Assembly: GCA_964016885.1 (NCBI GenBank) | Contig: OZ024742.1 | Location: 301,692,001 to 301,756,000, forward strand | Reading direction: 5' to 3' | Source of the DNA: Eledone cirrhosa | Lineage: Eukaryota | Length of the DNA: 64,000 bases | Shown: piece after piece, positions 39,244-51,445 of the stretch | Layout of the letters: each line of letters opens with the position of its first letter | How positions within the stretch are numbered: the stretch's first letter is position 1 | Made by a program: the position numbers and the translations under genes | The notes under the pieces: model-generated | What the model saw: the letters and a program-made list of their open reading frames with translations, nothing else | What the model was told of the DNA's origin: nothing | Databases searched by the model: none

Positions 39244-39788
39244 CTAGCAGTGGTACCTGGCGTTGCACGGGATAAGGTATTTTGGAACGCGGGCCGCCAA
39301 CAGACCTAATCGTGGAAAAACTGCATGCCTGGACAATTTGTAAAGAAAATAAACTGAATACTCCGATGGCTGGATAATCTAAGATTTTCCTCGATGAAGC
39401 AGGAAAAAGGCAGGTTTTCACCTAATGCGGGCCCTAGGGGATCAAGAAAATGAATTTTTTTATGTGCATAATATGCCTTGAAATTTCGGGAAAATCAGCT
39501 AGATGTAACGCCTCAAAAGAGACACAAAAAGCTGAAAAAATGAAGTTTTTCACCTAATGCGGGCCGTAGGCCATAAAGCAGTTGGATTTTCTTTTATCAC
39601 GGTATGAAGAGACTGACTAATATATAGTTACAATTTCAAGGAAATCGGTCTGACGTAACGCCTCAAAAAAAAACCTAAAAAGCTGGAAAAAACGCAGTTT
39701 TTGACCTGATGCGGCCCCTAACACTCCCTGAAATATAAGTAATACACATGTAAAGTTTGAAAAAGATCGGTTGGGTACTTCTCGGGTT

Positions 39789-39834
<46 letters not shown>

Positions 39835-39883
39835 ACATACATACATACATCCTTCCTCAGTTTTATATATATACATATATAGA
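39244..39883 (-). mobile_element. Non-autonomous Helitron
   Basis: Minus strand reads A|TCTATATATG...(TG)n...cccgtgcaacgccagg hairpin, 8 nt, CTAG|T: canonical 5'-TC, 3'-hairpin-CTAG and A|T target. Three imperfect internal repeats of about 140 bp. Confidence 0.75.
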
Positions 39884-40341
39884 TTAAAATAACAGATTAA
39901 AGTTTAAGCAAAGAATCGTTGCTTTCACCCTTAACGGGATCTTCTGAAACTAAAAACATCAATTTGTGAACGCAGAAGTAAATATTTCGAAAAACGTTGC
40001 AACCGAAGGAAAACAGGAAGACGATACTTTGGTTCGTGAAGACGTTCCCTGGCAATGAACGGATAATAGCGAACATAATATGTCATCAATGTTCGTCAGA
40101 ATGTCGTAATGCAGACAGACAGGCATACAGACAGATATTATAAGAGTGTGACGGAGATGGATAACCGGCGCCTAACACCCCTTTAACAACAGAAAATTGA
40201 AAAATAAAAGCTGCAGTTAATATCTTTAGACCGCAAGGAATATATAAATGCAAGTTTGAAGTCAATCGGAGTAGAAATGTGGATTTGTATAGACTTTGCA
40301 AAAATGAGGACACACACACACAGACAACATCAGTTTTATAT

Positions 40342-40638
40342 ATCATCATCATCATCATCATCAACGTTTAACGTCCGTGTTCCACGCTTGCATGGGTTTG
40401 GACGGGGGTAGTCCCACTTGAGGCAAGAGTGATTGTCTTGCTCGCATAGGACTGTCTGGCAGGTTTTCTACAGTTGGATGCCCTTCCTAACACCAACCAC
40501 ATTTACAGTGTGGGTCTGGGAGGTTTTTACCGTGTTGCCTACACGGCCACATTACAGCGTGGACTGTGTGTTTTTTTGTCGTGACACCTACACGATCTCA
40601 TTTGTTTCGGCCTCGATGGCGCGGCACCAACATAACTT
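40342..40638 (-). mobile_element. RTE 3'-UTR fragment, near-identical to the 9111 element's 3' UTR with a single 112-bp unit
   Basis: (CAT)n, then aacgtttaacgtccgtgttccacgcttgcatgggtttggacggggg... Confidence 0.87.
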
Positions 40639-41387
40639 TACATAGATAATATTGACACTAATATACATACATTTCATTTTGATTCCCAAAATCATTACCA
40701 AGGCTACCTAACAGTTTGTCTTGTTTACTCTCATTATTTTATTTTTTTTTTTTTACTTGGACTACCTTTTATTTTCTGTATCTATCCTTTGTGACCCTGT
40801 CTCTATTTTTGTACTCCTGTAGAAGGGCTAGAGTCTGACATGTTGAACCTTTTTCCATATAAAGCATGAAATTAATAAGACTTTGTACCTCTGTTTTGTC
40901 GTTTCCTTGAACTACACCCGCACGCACCCATGCGCACACACACAGAGGGAAAAGCGGACGTAAAATGATGATGATGATATATATATATGAAGAAACACCC
41001 AAAAATCATTAGCTGGAAACTAAATCCATAAACAAATAAACGTTATCAATAAACATTTACATTTGAAGTCTTTAGAAAAAAATCAATGGTAAAATGTGTG
41101 CAGCTATCTTCCACTTGTGTCACTTTCTTATATTCTCTATGAAGTTCTGGCATTCTGAGATCAGCTGACACCATTTCTACCCAAGTCTTCCTTAGTCTTC
41201 TACTGCAGCTACCATCTTCTTGCATCTTCAGTCACATTTTCATACAACAATCCGCCTGCAGCACATGTTCATATCAATGCAATCTTCTCTCTTGCACACT
41301 GCATCAGATTCCTTTTATGCCCAGTTTTTCTTTCACCTCACCTGTGTTTTGTTGTTCATGTGCTATAATATTACATTCTTTAATTAG

Positions 41388-41672
41388 TTTATCTACAGGA
41401 TGTAGCAGATTTATGTATGTCTGGTAACAACAACACCTTGTTGAAGATGCCTAACAATAGCGAGGAAAATGAAGGGAACCATGAAGTGCCTGAGCCTGCT
41501 ACTGGAAACCGCTGGAAACGGGCTGTGGTAGTCCTCATTCCAGTTCGTCTTGGTGGAGAAACCCTCAACTCTGTGTACATTCCATGCCTTCAGAGCCTTC
41601 TTGCCGAAGAACATTGTATTGGCATTATTGGCGGGAAACCAAAACATTCTCTATATTTTGTTGGTTGGCAGG
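41388..41672 (+). CDS. ATG4: ATG4C/D-like exon 6 ([10 protein letters not shown]...[26 protein letters not shown]...[19 protein letters not shown])
   Basis: taattag|TT ... CAG G|gtaagt; C54 motifs PVRLG and [15 protein letters not shown]. Confidence 0.96.
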
Positions 41673-43437
41673 GTAAGTATTGATAATTATTGCTAGATTA
41701 TGAACTAAAATGATCTTGTCTAGGGACCATGTGGTGGAAGGTTCAAATTTCACTACAACTACTATTTATTTATCTGGCTGTTATACCAAATCTCACTTCT
41801 ACTTCAAGGATGGAATAATTAGCAGTAGCAAGGGCATTGGCCTGTAAAAACTGTTGATACAACAAAATCTTCTCACTGCTCATTCAAACTACACCCTGCT
41901 GTCATATAACGGTGGGAGAGAGGCTATTGACATTTGGGATTATTATACCTATAACCATTGGTTCCATAACTTATTTTGCAGCAAAAGTCCTATGGCACAG
42001 CTGATCAACTTTTTATTAACTAGATGATTCTGGATTATATAAAATTATGTATGAGATTATAAACAAGAAGGCTTCTAATTCAGTTCTCCATGATTGGTAC
42101 ATTAAAATAATGTTCTCATTTCATTATAAAGAATGACTTTTAAACAACTATACAGATAGAGCAGATTGTTGTGATGCTCTTCAACAAAGCCTTAGTTGTT
42201 GTTTATTCTGAATTCAGTCTTGAGAAAGTTTATAATGAAAGGTGTTCCATGTGAAGTAACTAAATAGAGGCTCTTTCATTGATTCCTAACACCTTACTTG
42301 TAAACTCCTGCCTAACTGAAATATCAACTGGAAACACTCAGTTCACCTTGTAAGATGGTTGTGCTAATGCTACAACAAAATCACGCAATTTACCTTGCAA
42401 GGTGGTCATGCTAGTGCCATGACAAAAATCACCTAGTTCACTCTGTATGGTAGAAGTGCTTATGCCATGAAAAACTCTCAGACCATCCTGTAAAGTAGTC
42501 ATGCTTGTGCTTTGACAAAAGCACCCAGTCCAGCTTGTAAGGTGATAGAGCTGGTACTGTGAAAATAGCAACCAGTTCACCTTGTAAGGTGGTTGGCATT
42601 AGGAAGGACATGCAGCTGTAGAAAACCAAGCCCAAAATGGAGCATATGAACAAGATATGGTCGTCTGACTTGTCTGGCCTCATAATGTGACAGCCATTTA
42701 CCCATGCAAGCATGAAAAATAGACATTCAATGGTTCTGTCCGCTACGACCACGGTGGGGGGCCAGTGCGTGGGCCCACATTTGCTTATAATAGTGAGAAA
42801 TAGTGAGAGTGGGTGAGATGGAGGCAGTGACAGTGGGAATTTGGTTCCATTGTGTTTGGACCTGATGTATATGTATATATTTATTTACCATACCTCATAT
42901 ATAAGCAGCCAACCTCTGATTGCTTTTACACTTCTCTATCAATATACAGTCAACTGGCTATCATATATGTAATTAATTGACCTCATAGAAACAACAGTCA
43001 AATTTTCTTCATGATAATGATGATGATACATCTAGTCTTCACTTTATTCTATGTAGGCTAGTCATAAGTTGACATATTTCAGTATGGTTATTCTGCTATC
43101 AAATGTTGTATATCAACAAAGCTGGCTATAGTTTGTTTAAACCATAACAACTTGTAATGATTTAACAGAAAGTGTTTATTTATGGCTTTGTTAATTCTAA
43201 TGTTTATAATATCTTTACTTGTAGACAGAATTTCACTTTGTATCATATAAGGGAGGGCATATGAGATTTTAGTAACAGACATTATCATACATACATAACA
43301 AAGATCTTCAAGAGTAAAATATTTTTTATCAATTATTAATTAATCAGTTGAATCATTGATATTCATATATCTCTTTACATAATAGTTCATCAGTTAAATT
43401 GTTGATATTCATGTCTTGTTTCTGATAAATTTTTCAG

Positions 43438-43514
43438 ACAAAAAGTTAATATATTTTGATCCTCACTATTGCCAAGACAACATTGATGTGATGTCCGGCG
43501 ATTTCCCATTTTCA
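43438..43514 (+). CDS. ATG4: ATG4C/D-like exon 7 with catalytic Asp/His (KLIYFDPHYCQ)
   Basis: tttttcag|AC ... TCA|gtaagt; DPH catalytic motif. Confidence 0.96.
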
Positions 43515-44949
43515 GTAAGTTGTTTCTTTATCTCAATCTCTCTCACTGCCATTTGTTCATTATTCATTATATTTTTACTTTTATATCATTCATTTAAGAC
43601 TCTACTAAATGTTCTATTATTTTTAAATCCTGTCCCCAACCCTACATCCACATGTAAAGTGACTTGTAGCATTGTTAATGTGATTTAAATTACAGCTCTA
43701 ATGGTGAGAAATATTCATTACCTTAACCCTTTAGCATTTAAACCAGCCGTACCCAGCCAGAATTCTCTCACCTCTTTCTGTTCAAACTGGCCGTAATTGG
43801 TTGCACATACTTATGCTAAAGTATTGTTCTCAAAATAAATAACATCAAAATTTCATAGATTCGATATTATGTGAAATAATTATGTAAGGTAAAGCCTTTA
43901 CTGTGAAAATACAATAGTAATATATAGAGTACTTTATATTGAAAAGAATTTAATTTTTTTCAGTGATAGATTGTTTCATTTGTTAAAAAAAATGGCATAA
44001 ATTCTTTACTTTACTAAAAGAAAATATTAATGGTAACATCTGTAAATAGATATATTTTACATGTGATCACATTTGAGTTATACATTGTAATTTCTGACGT
44101 AAATATGTTTCCATTTTATTCCATCTCAAATTTTACTTTTCAGTCATTCTAACTTTTCATTCACAATAATTAACTTAATTAAAAAGTCTTTGTTTAACAA
44201 TGTTGCTTTCCTTTAGAACAAATTTCTACCAGATTTCTGTTGTAAATAAACATTTGAGTTAACAACAGCATGTCTCTGTCCCATACATACACACATTCCT
44301 CTCTCTTGCTCACACACAATTATAAAGCAGGCCATATGTGGCATGTGTAATAGGTGTGAAGTAGGGGTAAAACATGTAGTGAGGTAATATGATGGTGAAA
44401 CATGTAGTGTGGTGTAAGAGGTGTGAAGGGGTGAAACGTAGTATAATGTAAGAGGTGTGAGGTAAAACATGTTTGATCCCTAGCTGTCATCAGGTGCCAG
44501 CAATATTACCTCCTAGTATTAAACTGTTAGAAAAGAGTTGAAAAGTTCCTAGTTCAAATCTAACATGGTACCTTTTGGGGGATGCATTGATAAGCAAATT
44601 AGTTAATACCAAAAGTAGAAACAATTAGTTAATACCAATTATTTGCTGATTAATTGGTGCAATTCTAGTACTATGTGTACACTTTGAGGAATAACGTAGT
44701 GGATGGTGATTGGGGACCAAACAAATTACAATGTAATGTGAAAATGTTAAGTATTTAAAGATGAGGTTAATAAGCCTGAAGAATTACAATCATTTTATTA
44801 ACACATCTCACATATATTTAGACCATCTCTGTTGAAAAAATATTATTTAAAGATTTACCATGTATACTTGTTTATAAGCTAAGAGATATGTGACAAAAAA
44901 ATTTGAGGATAAAATGAGGGTGGGTCAGCTTATATTTGAGGTCATTATT

Positions 44950-45127
44950 TAGCAGTATCGGTAGAGGGTCGGACGCCATGCTTTCCAGCATAGTTACGTC
45001 CCCTTACGATCTGAGTTCAAATCCCGCCGAGGTTGACTTTGCCTTTCATCCTTACGGGGTCGATAAAATAAAGTACCAGTAATGCACTGGGTAATTGCTG
45101 GCCTTGTGCCTAAAGTAGAAACAATTA
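44950..45127 (+). mobile_element. SINE family 1
   Basis: Homologous to 2713-2906. Confidence 0.85.
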
Positions 45128-45604
45128 TTTTGCTGATTTTCACCAACTTCAAATTTTACATAAATGAGGTACTAAAATATTTTTGCTTCGGAGGTGAATA
45201 TTGTACTGATTTCAATTTTAAGGTGAAATTTTTATTGTTTTGGATGTGTTTTGAACAAATATTGCCTTCAAAATGGTCAGAAATTAGTAAAAAAAACATT
45301 ACACAATGGAATTGTGAAACAAAAACTCTATACGACACTTAAAGTTTCTCCTCCTTCTTGTGGAGGAAGAGTCCTCAAATACTCCTTCCAGTAGGTCCTG
45401 TCAGAAGTAACTCTCTCTTTAGTTGATCCGGCTAGATCTCCAAGTGAGACCAGCTGAGCTCATGGTTGTTATCCAACCATCTTGCTCAGTGTCTATCCTT
45501 AGGTTTCCTGCCAATTGGTTTTGCCTGTAAAATCTGTCCAGTAATTCTTTCCTGGGACATTCTACCCACATGTCCATAGTATTGGAGCTGTGATCTCTCA
45601 ATCC

Positions 45605-45890
45605 AGAAAAATAAAGCTACATTTTTTCACACTCAGAGTTGCTGAAGCATGGAACAAAAAACTACCTGCATCAGTTGTTAGCTGTCGAGACACTGCATCC
45701 TTTAAAACCTCTATGCTTCCTGAAATTCGCCAACACTACACCTAATATTCCCCTTCCATACACATGCACACATGTATTTCATGACTCATACACTGTTCAT
45801 TTTCCTGACATTTGAACATTATTCTATGTACTATACATGCACCTTTGATGAGTTGTAGTGCACCTGAGCACTGTACACAATAATTTCATT
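45605..45890 (+). mobile_element. Older 3' fragment of the same CR1 family, directly upstream of the longer copy
   Basis: Near-identical to 49185-49300 (FFTLRVAEAWN..LPASVVSCRDTASFK) plus a 3' UTR ending in tagtgcacctgagcactgtacacaataatttcatt. Confidence 0.88.
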
Positions 45891-45892
45891 CC

Positions 45893-46489
45893 GCTTTAAG
45901 TCAAGAAATAGCGGAAATAAAATCAAGCGTTCGTGTAGAACCCCACAATGAGGGATCTTACCGGAGTGCCTTGTTAAAAAATCTCCGCGTACCTCATGTT
46001 GAACCTAGACGCATTGAGAATGCCACTGAATCTGCAAACCACGAAGTGATTGCCATTGGTGTGCCGGAAGACATAGTTGATCTTCAGGCATTTGCTGCCA
46101 GTTCATCCAAAGACCTGGGCTGTGCTCCCGCAAAGGGTGCTCTACGCCTTGGCCGACCAGGCCCGAAACCCAGGTTAATTAGACTGTCGTTTTCAAACTC
46201 GGCTGAGGCACGTTCATACCTTGTAGCCTCTGATAAAGCTAGGCGTGAAAGTCGGATTGCTTTCCGAACACGTCCTGGTCTTCCACCTGATGTCCGCCCA
46301 AAGTTGCGTGCTGCAGCTTCCCTAAACCGCAGCTCGGCAGAACATGAAAGCTTCAGCCTACGAGATGATGGGCAGATATGGAAGTTTGTTATGGCTGGCG
46401 AATCATGGAAAAGAGACACCAGCTGGTCTGAAAACAGTGTACCCACAACAACTGACAATAAAGAAACTGAAAAAACTCTGGGAAACTAA
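45893..46489 (+). CDS. LINE ORF1p, C-terminal part
   Basis: Open frame ALSQEIAEIKSS...SYRSALL...VIAIGVPE...RLGRPGPKPRLIRLSF...KTLGN*; the 'iGvpE' and 'RLG...PR.i.v.F' motifs are typical of LINE ORF1 RRM regions. Confidence 0.75.
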   Translation, partial: ALSQEIAEIKSSVRVEPHNEGSYRSALLKNLRVPHVEPRRIENATESANHEVIAIGVPEDIVDLQAFAASSSKDLGCAPAKGALRLGRPGPKPRLIRLSFSNSAEARSYLVASDKARRESRIAFRTRPGLPPDVRPKLRAAASLNRSSAEHESFSLRDDGQIWKFVMAGESWKRDTSWSENSVPTTTDNKETEKTLGN

Positions 46490-49309
46490 ATCAGAACAAC
46501 CTGTCATCCCCTGCACATAATCATAGACTGGAATCAAAGTACAAACTGTTGTCCTTGAATGCACGTAGTCTATGCAATAAGATTCATCTTTTTGACTCCT
46601 ACGTCAAAAGTATCAACCCGGACTTCATTACAGTCACGGAAACTTGGGCACATCCCTTACTCTGTGATGGGGTTTTCAGCATGACTGGCTACAATCTGTT
46701 TCGTAAAGACCGTATTAATCGTCGTGGTGGTGGTGTAATGGTCTACGTTCGGTCAAATCTGTCGGCAATTCCTTGTGCTGATTTGAACCAATCACAGCAG
46801 GAAGTTTTTTTCTGCGATATACGTATGACCATGTCAACACTGCTACTTGGAGTCGTTTACCGTCCCCCCAAATTACCATCAGGACACTCAACTTTGTGAT
46901 ATCCTCAGAGCTGCTGCCAGGAAGACAGCCACTTATGTTTTCATTGCAGGTGACATCAATCACCCTGAGATTGACTGGGAGACCTTTCGTTGGCCGCCAA
47001 GTGCAAATGACTTCCTTGAGCTGGTGCTGGACTCGAGTTGGTCCCAGGTGGTCACCTCCCCAACAAGAGGTGACAACACTTTGGACCTACTCTTCACCAC
47101 TACTCCTGAAACGGTCATTAGTGTTACTGCTGAGGAACCTTTAGGTGACTCTGATCATGCTATGATCATTGCCAATCTATCCCTCATGGGCAGTAACAAG
47201 AACCACAACCATCTCCAAACTGCTCACTTTGACTGGAATAAAGCAGACTGGAACTGTTACTGCACCGAGTTGCAACGGCCAAACTGGCTTGAGTTCTATG
47301 ACTCTGGAGATGTCAACACTGTACTCCAGAACATCCTGAGCTCAATATGGACAGCATGTGCAGCATCGGTGCCACGTAAGCGGAAAAAACATCCTAAAAG
47401 CGCAATTTGGGAGACTGCAGCAGTCCGTCTTGCCAGAAAAGAACGGCGCAATGCTGAACGTGAGTACAAACTTCACAAATCAGACATTAATAGGAAGAGG
47501 CGAAATAGATCGTCCAACCACCTCAAACAGGTGACAAAAAAGGCAGTGCTTCAATTTGAGCAGCGCATAGCAACCAGTCCTGACAGTAAGGTGTTCTGGA
47601 AGTATGTTCACTCAAAGCAGAGGCCTCACTCTCCAGTTGGTCCTCTTCGCAATCCCCACACAAGCCAGGTTACTGACGACCCCAAGGAATGCGCAGAGCT
47701 CATTGCTGAATGCTATGCAGGCATTTTCACCATTGAAGACCAGAGTGTACCATCTCCACCACCTATGACACCGGATTCTATTACAACCATGGAATTTACA
47801 CCTGCAATGCTGCGACGTCACCTAAAAAATAAACGCAACCATGCCTCTCCTGGTCTTGATGGTGTTACGTACCTGCTTCTTAAACGTGGTGGGTACTTCC
47901 TTCTACACCAGTTATCACGCTTCTTCCAATTCTGTCTGAACAACAGTGCTACTCCAGAACAGTGGAAAACTGCCAGTGTCATTCCTCTGTTCAAAAAGGG
48001 TGACCGCAAATCACCTGTGAACTATCGTCCAGTCAGTCTTACTAGTTGCATCGCCAAACTGATGGAATCCTGTGTCAGAGAAACACTTTGGAACTTCTGG
48101 AGCTCTCACAGTCTTATCCGGCCCTCGCAATTTGGATTTATCCCCAACTCCAGCTGCTGTGATCAACTTATAGAGTTTCTTGAGGACATCACCCGGATCA
48201 CTGATGGCGGCTCATGGGTGGATGTTGTTTACCTTGACTTTGCGAAGGCCTTCAATTCTGTGCCACACAAAAGGCTTATGGCAAAACTCTCTGCAATGGG
48301 TGTGAAGGATGATCTTTTTAACTGGTTGAAGTCCTTCATTCTCAGTCGAAGAGAGGTAGTCACGGTTCTGGGACAGCATTCCTCACCATATGAGATGTCA
48401 TCTGGTGTACCTCAGGGATCTGTTCTTGGCCCCCTTTTGTTTGTGGCATATATTAATGACATAGATGCCAACTTAAAGAATGCCATGGTACTAAAGTACG
48501 CAGACGACATCAAGCTGTACCTTGAGATAAAAAGGACAGATCCTGAACACTATAGATCTTGCTTGCAGTCTGACCTGGACACAATGCAACAGTGGATCTC
48601 AGACTGGCAACTCAAGCTAGCTGTGGACAAGTGCACCACCATGCATTTTGGGAGTAAAAACCCAGCGTCCACATACTCCCTCCACAGCACTAATATCAAG
48701 AAGTATTCCTGTGAACGTGACCTGGGCATTACGGTCAGCAGCGATTTGCGTTGGACGAGGCACGTCTCTAAAATTGTCAAGAGGGCCGAGGGTGTCTTAG
48801 CATCACTCAGCAAGACCTTTGTCAGCCGCTCTCCAGATATCTATTTAAGGCTGTATACAGCTATGGTGCGACCACACTTAGAATTTGCATCACCAGTCTG
48901 GAACCCCTATCTTGCTCAGGACATTGACCGCCTGGAAACTGTTCAGAGACGTGCAACCAAGCGAATACCCTCCATCAGGCATCTACCATACTCTGAGCGC
49001 CTTGCTTCCCTGGGCATGGATTCATTGAAGCTCCGACGCCTGGCAACTGACTTGGTAAACACCCACAAAATTGTTAACCATGTTGCCAACAACAACCCTG
49101 AGTGCCTTTTCGATTTCCATGTGTCTAACACACGTGGACATGCCCACAAAGTAAGAAAACAGCACAGTTCCCATGACTTTCGGAAACATTTTTTCACGCT
49201 CAGAGTTGCTGAAGCATGGAACAAACTACCTGCATCAGTTGTTAGCTGTCGAGACACTGCATCCTTTAAGGCCTCCCTGCTTCCCGAGATCCGCCAACAC
49301 TACAGCTAA
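46480..49309 (+). CDS. LINE ORF2p (endonuclease/reverse transcriptase), one +1 indel at the C6 run 46864-46869
   Basis: ORF-track pieces 46549..46899 and 46847..49309 join at YRPP|NYHQD; no other stops. The frame is open from 46471. Confidence 0.88.
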
Positions 49310-49687
49310 CACATACAAACATGTACTTCCCTGGCATTTGTGTATTATTCTATGTACTATATTGATGAGTTCTAGTGCACCTGAGCACTTTACACAATAA
49401 TTTCATTATTATTATTCATCATTATTATTATTATTATTATTATTATAATTATTATTATTAAAACATTTTAAATATCAAAATATTAAAATTTCATGAGTAT
49501 ATTCTCCACTCATGAGACTTTCAAAACTGTGCCATATAAACATAATGTGTTGCTTAACTGTTTGGCTTATAAATGGGGTTTGCCTATTTCTCAGCCATAA
49601 AATAGGGGTCGGCTTATATTTAGATTGTCTTATATTCCATTATAATTTTCTCTGTGCTAAATGATATTTGGAAATGGTTTGTTTCAG

Positions 49688-49807
49688 TCATTCCATTGCA
49701 CAACTCCCCGGAAGCTTCCATTTGAAGACATGGATCCCAGCTGTACCATAGGATTTTATTGCCGCAACCAAGAGGAATTTGAAAAATTTGTAACCCAAAG
49801 CAAAGAT
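49688..49807 (+). CDS. ATG4: ATG4C/D-like exon 8 (SFHCTTPRKLPFEDMDPSCTIGFYCRNQEEFEKFVTQSKD)
   Basis: gtttcag|TCA ... GAT|gtgagt; conserved SFHC and MDPSCTIGFY; phase 0/0. Confidence 0.96.
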
Positions 49808-50026
49808 GTGAGTGTTATTCTAATATCTTTTGACTAGTTCCAACTATTTCACTGTCGACATATTTTTATTCTAAACTCTGATTGGTTGGAATGGTTACAT
49901 ATTTTAATCACAATTTTTTTTTTTTTTTCAAATTCATTAAAAAAGTAGACTCGTGTTTTTTTTTAACCCAATGAACTCCAGTTGAAATTAAGGAAGGTCT
50001 GGATAGAAAATATGGGTAAAAATTAT

Positions 50027-50233
50027 TTAACTCTTATTGTCCTGCACCATATGAGACCACATTAGCAAGACATTCTTAAAAAGTAAAAAACAGCACTGTG
50101 ATTGCATCACTTTAGCTTATTGGCAAATTTTCCCAATGATCTGTCTACTATTAAAGATACTATAATCATTTGAATTGAAAGACCCTGTCTATAGATATTT
50201 TCTGAAAATTCATTATAGAATGTTAAGAGTTAA
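50027..50233 (+). mobile_element. TTAA-flanked MITE family C
   Basis: ttaactctta ... taagagttaa ends; internal sequence shared with about 57320-57510, 61660-61850 and 30690-30780. Confidence 0.55.
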
Positions 50234-51445
50234 AAGGATCAAAATTTGATAGCATGTTATTGTTAATAAAATCATTCTAAATTTCTCTAGTATGACACTA
50301 GTAAATATTCCACTAGTAATTACAGTGCTAATTAATGCTGATATATATGAAGAGGCCATCCCACTCCTATAAAAAAAAGAAAAAAATGCATCCATGTACA
50401 GAGTACAGCAAAAATACCTCTCACATTTTAAGGGTTGGACGTGCAAGATATGGGATGTTTTTCTGCCACACCCCGTATATGTTATCATTTATGTAAATCT
50501 AAACATATAAAGTTTATCATATATATGTGTGTTGTTAGAGGTGAATAAAAGGACATTCAGGTGTAAAACATTGTTTCAAACCATGCCAGTATGATAAAGT
50601 GGATGTAAAACTGATGTTGATGAGTCTTTTAATGGGTTTTTTCTATGATTTTACTCAATCATATGAATCCCAGCACTTATTTTTCAAGTCTGGTCTTTAT
50701 TTTTTCAATCTCTTTTTCTCAAGTTATGAGGCATAAATTAACAGTAGATGTAAATACAGACACACATACATACACACACATGCATACAAACACATACCCA
50801 CATACATTCATATAACAGGCTTCCAAACAGTTTCCATCTACCAAATTCCAGACAAGGCATTAGTCAACCACGTTATGAGACAAGTCAGGCCAGTTGACCA
50901 TGCCATACCTTGCTCAAAAAGAACTGTATTTTGGCTGGGATTTTGACAGCCGGATGCCTTTCCTAACACCAACCATGTTTACAGTATATATATATATATG
51001 CATTGTGACCTTGAACAAGATGCTTTATTTCATGTTGCTCCAGTTTACTGAGCAGTAGAAATGAATTGCAACATCACAGGTGCCAAGCTGTATCAGCCAT
51101 TGCCTTTCCTTTGGACAACATCAGTGGCTTGGAGAGGGGAGACTGGTATGTATGGGCAACTGCTGGTCTTTCACAAACAACCTTGCCTGGACTTGTGCTT
51201 CAGAGGGGAACTTTCTAGGTACAAATCCCATTGTCATTCGTGACTGAAGGGGGTCTTTTCACTTACCCTTGATATATGTGTGTGTATTGATGTGATGTTA
51301 TTGTTGACAAGTTCTTTTTTGTAAACACTCACACCAGCTCCTGGTCTGGGGTAATCGACAGTTTCTTTGCCTTCTCACATTTTTATATGAGCTCATTACT
51401 TTTAATTAGTAATTAGTTTTTTTCATTTCTGTTTTTCTTTTTCAG

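Larger units (their letters stand above)
45891..49460 (+). mobile_element. CR1-type LINE, 5'-truncated within ORF1, with near-intact ORF2 (APE endonuclease + RT) and (ATT)n tail
   Basis: ORF1 3' part ends at 46489. ORF2 has LNARS, VTETW, GGGV, YRPP, GDIN, LDL and SDH endonuclease motifs, then NYRPVSLTS, QFGF, YLDFAKAF, GVPQGSVLGP, YADD and C-terminal RKHFFTLRVAEAWNKLP; (ATT)n from about 49400. Confidence 0.93.
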
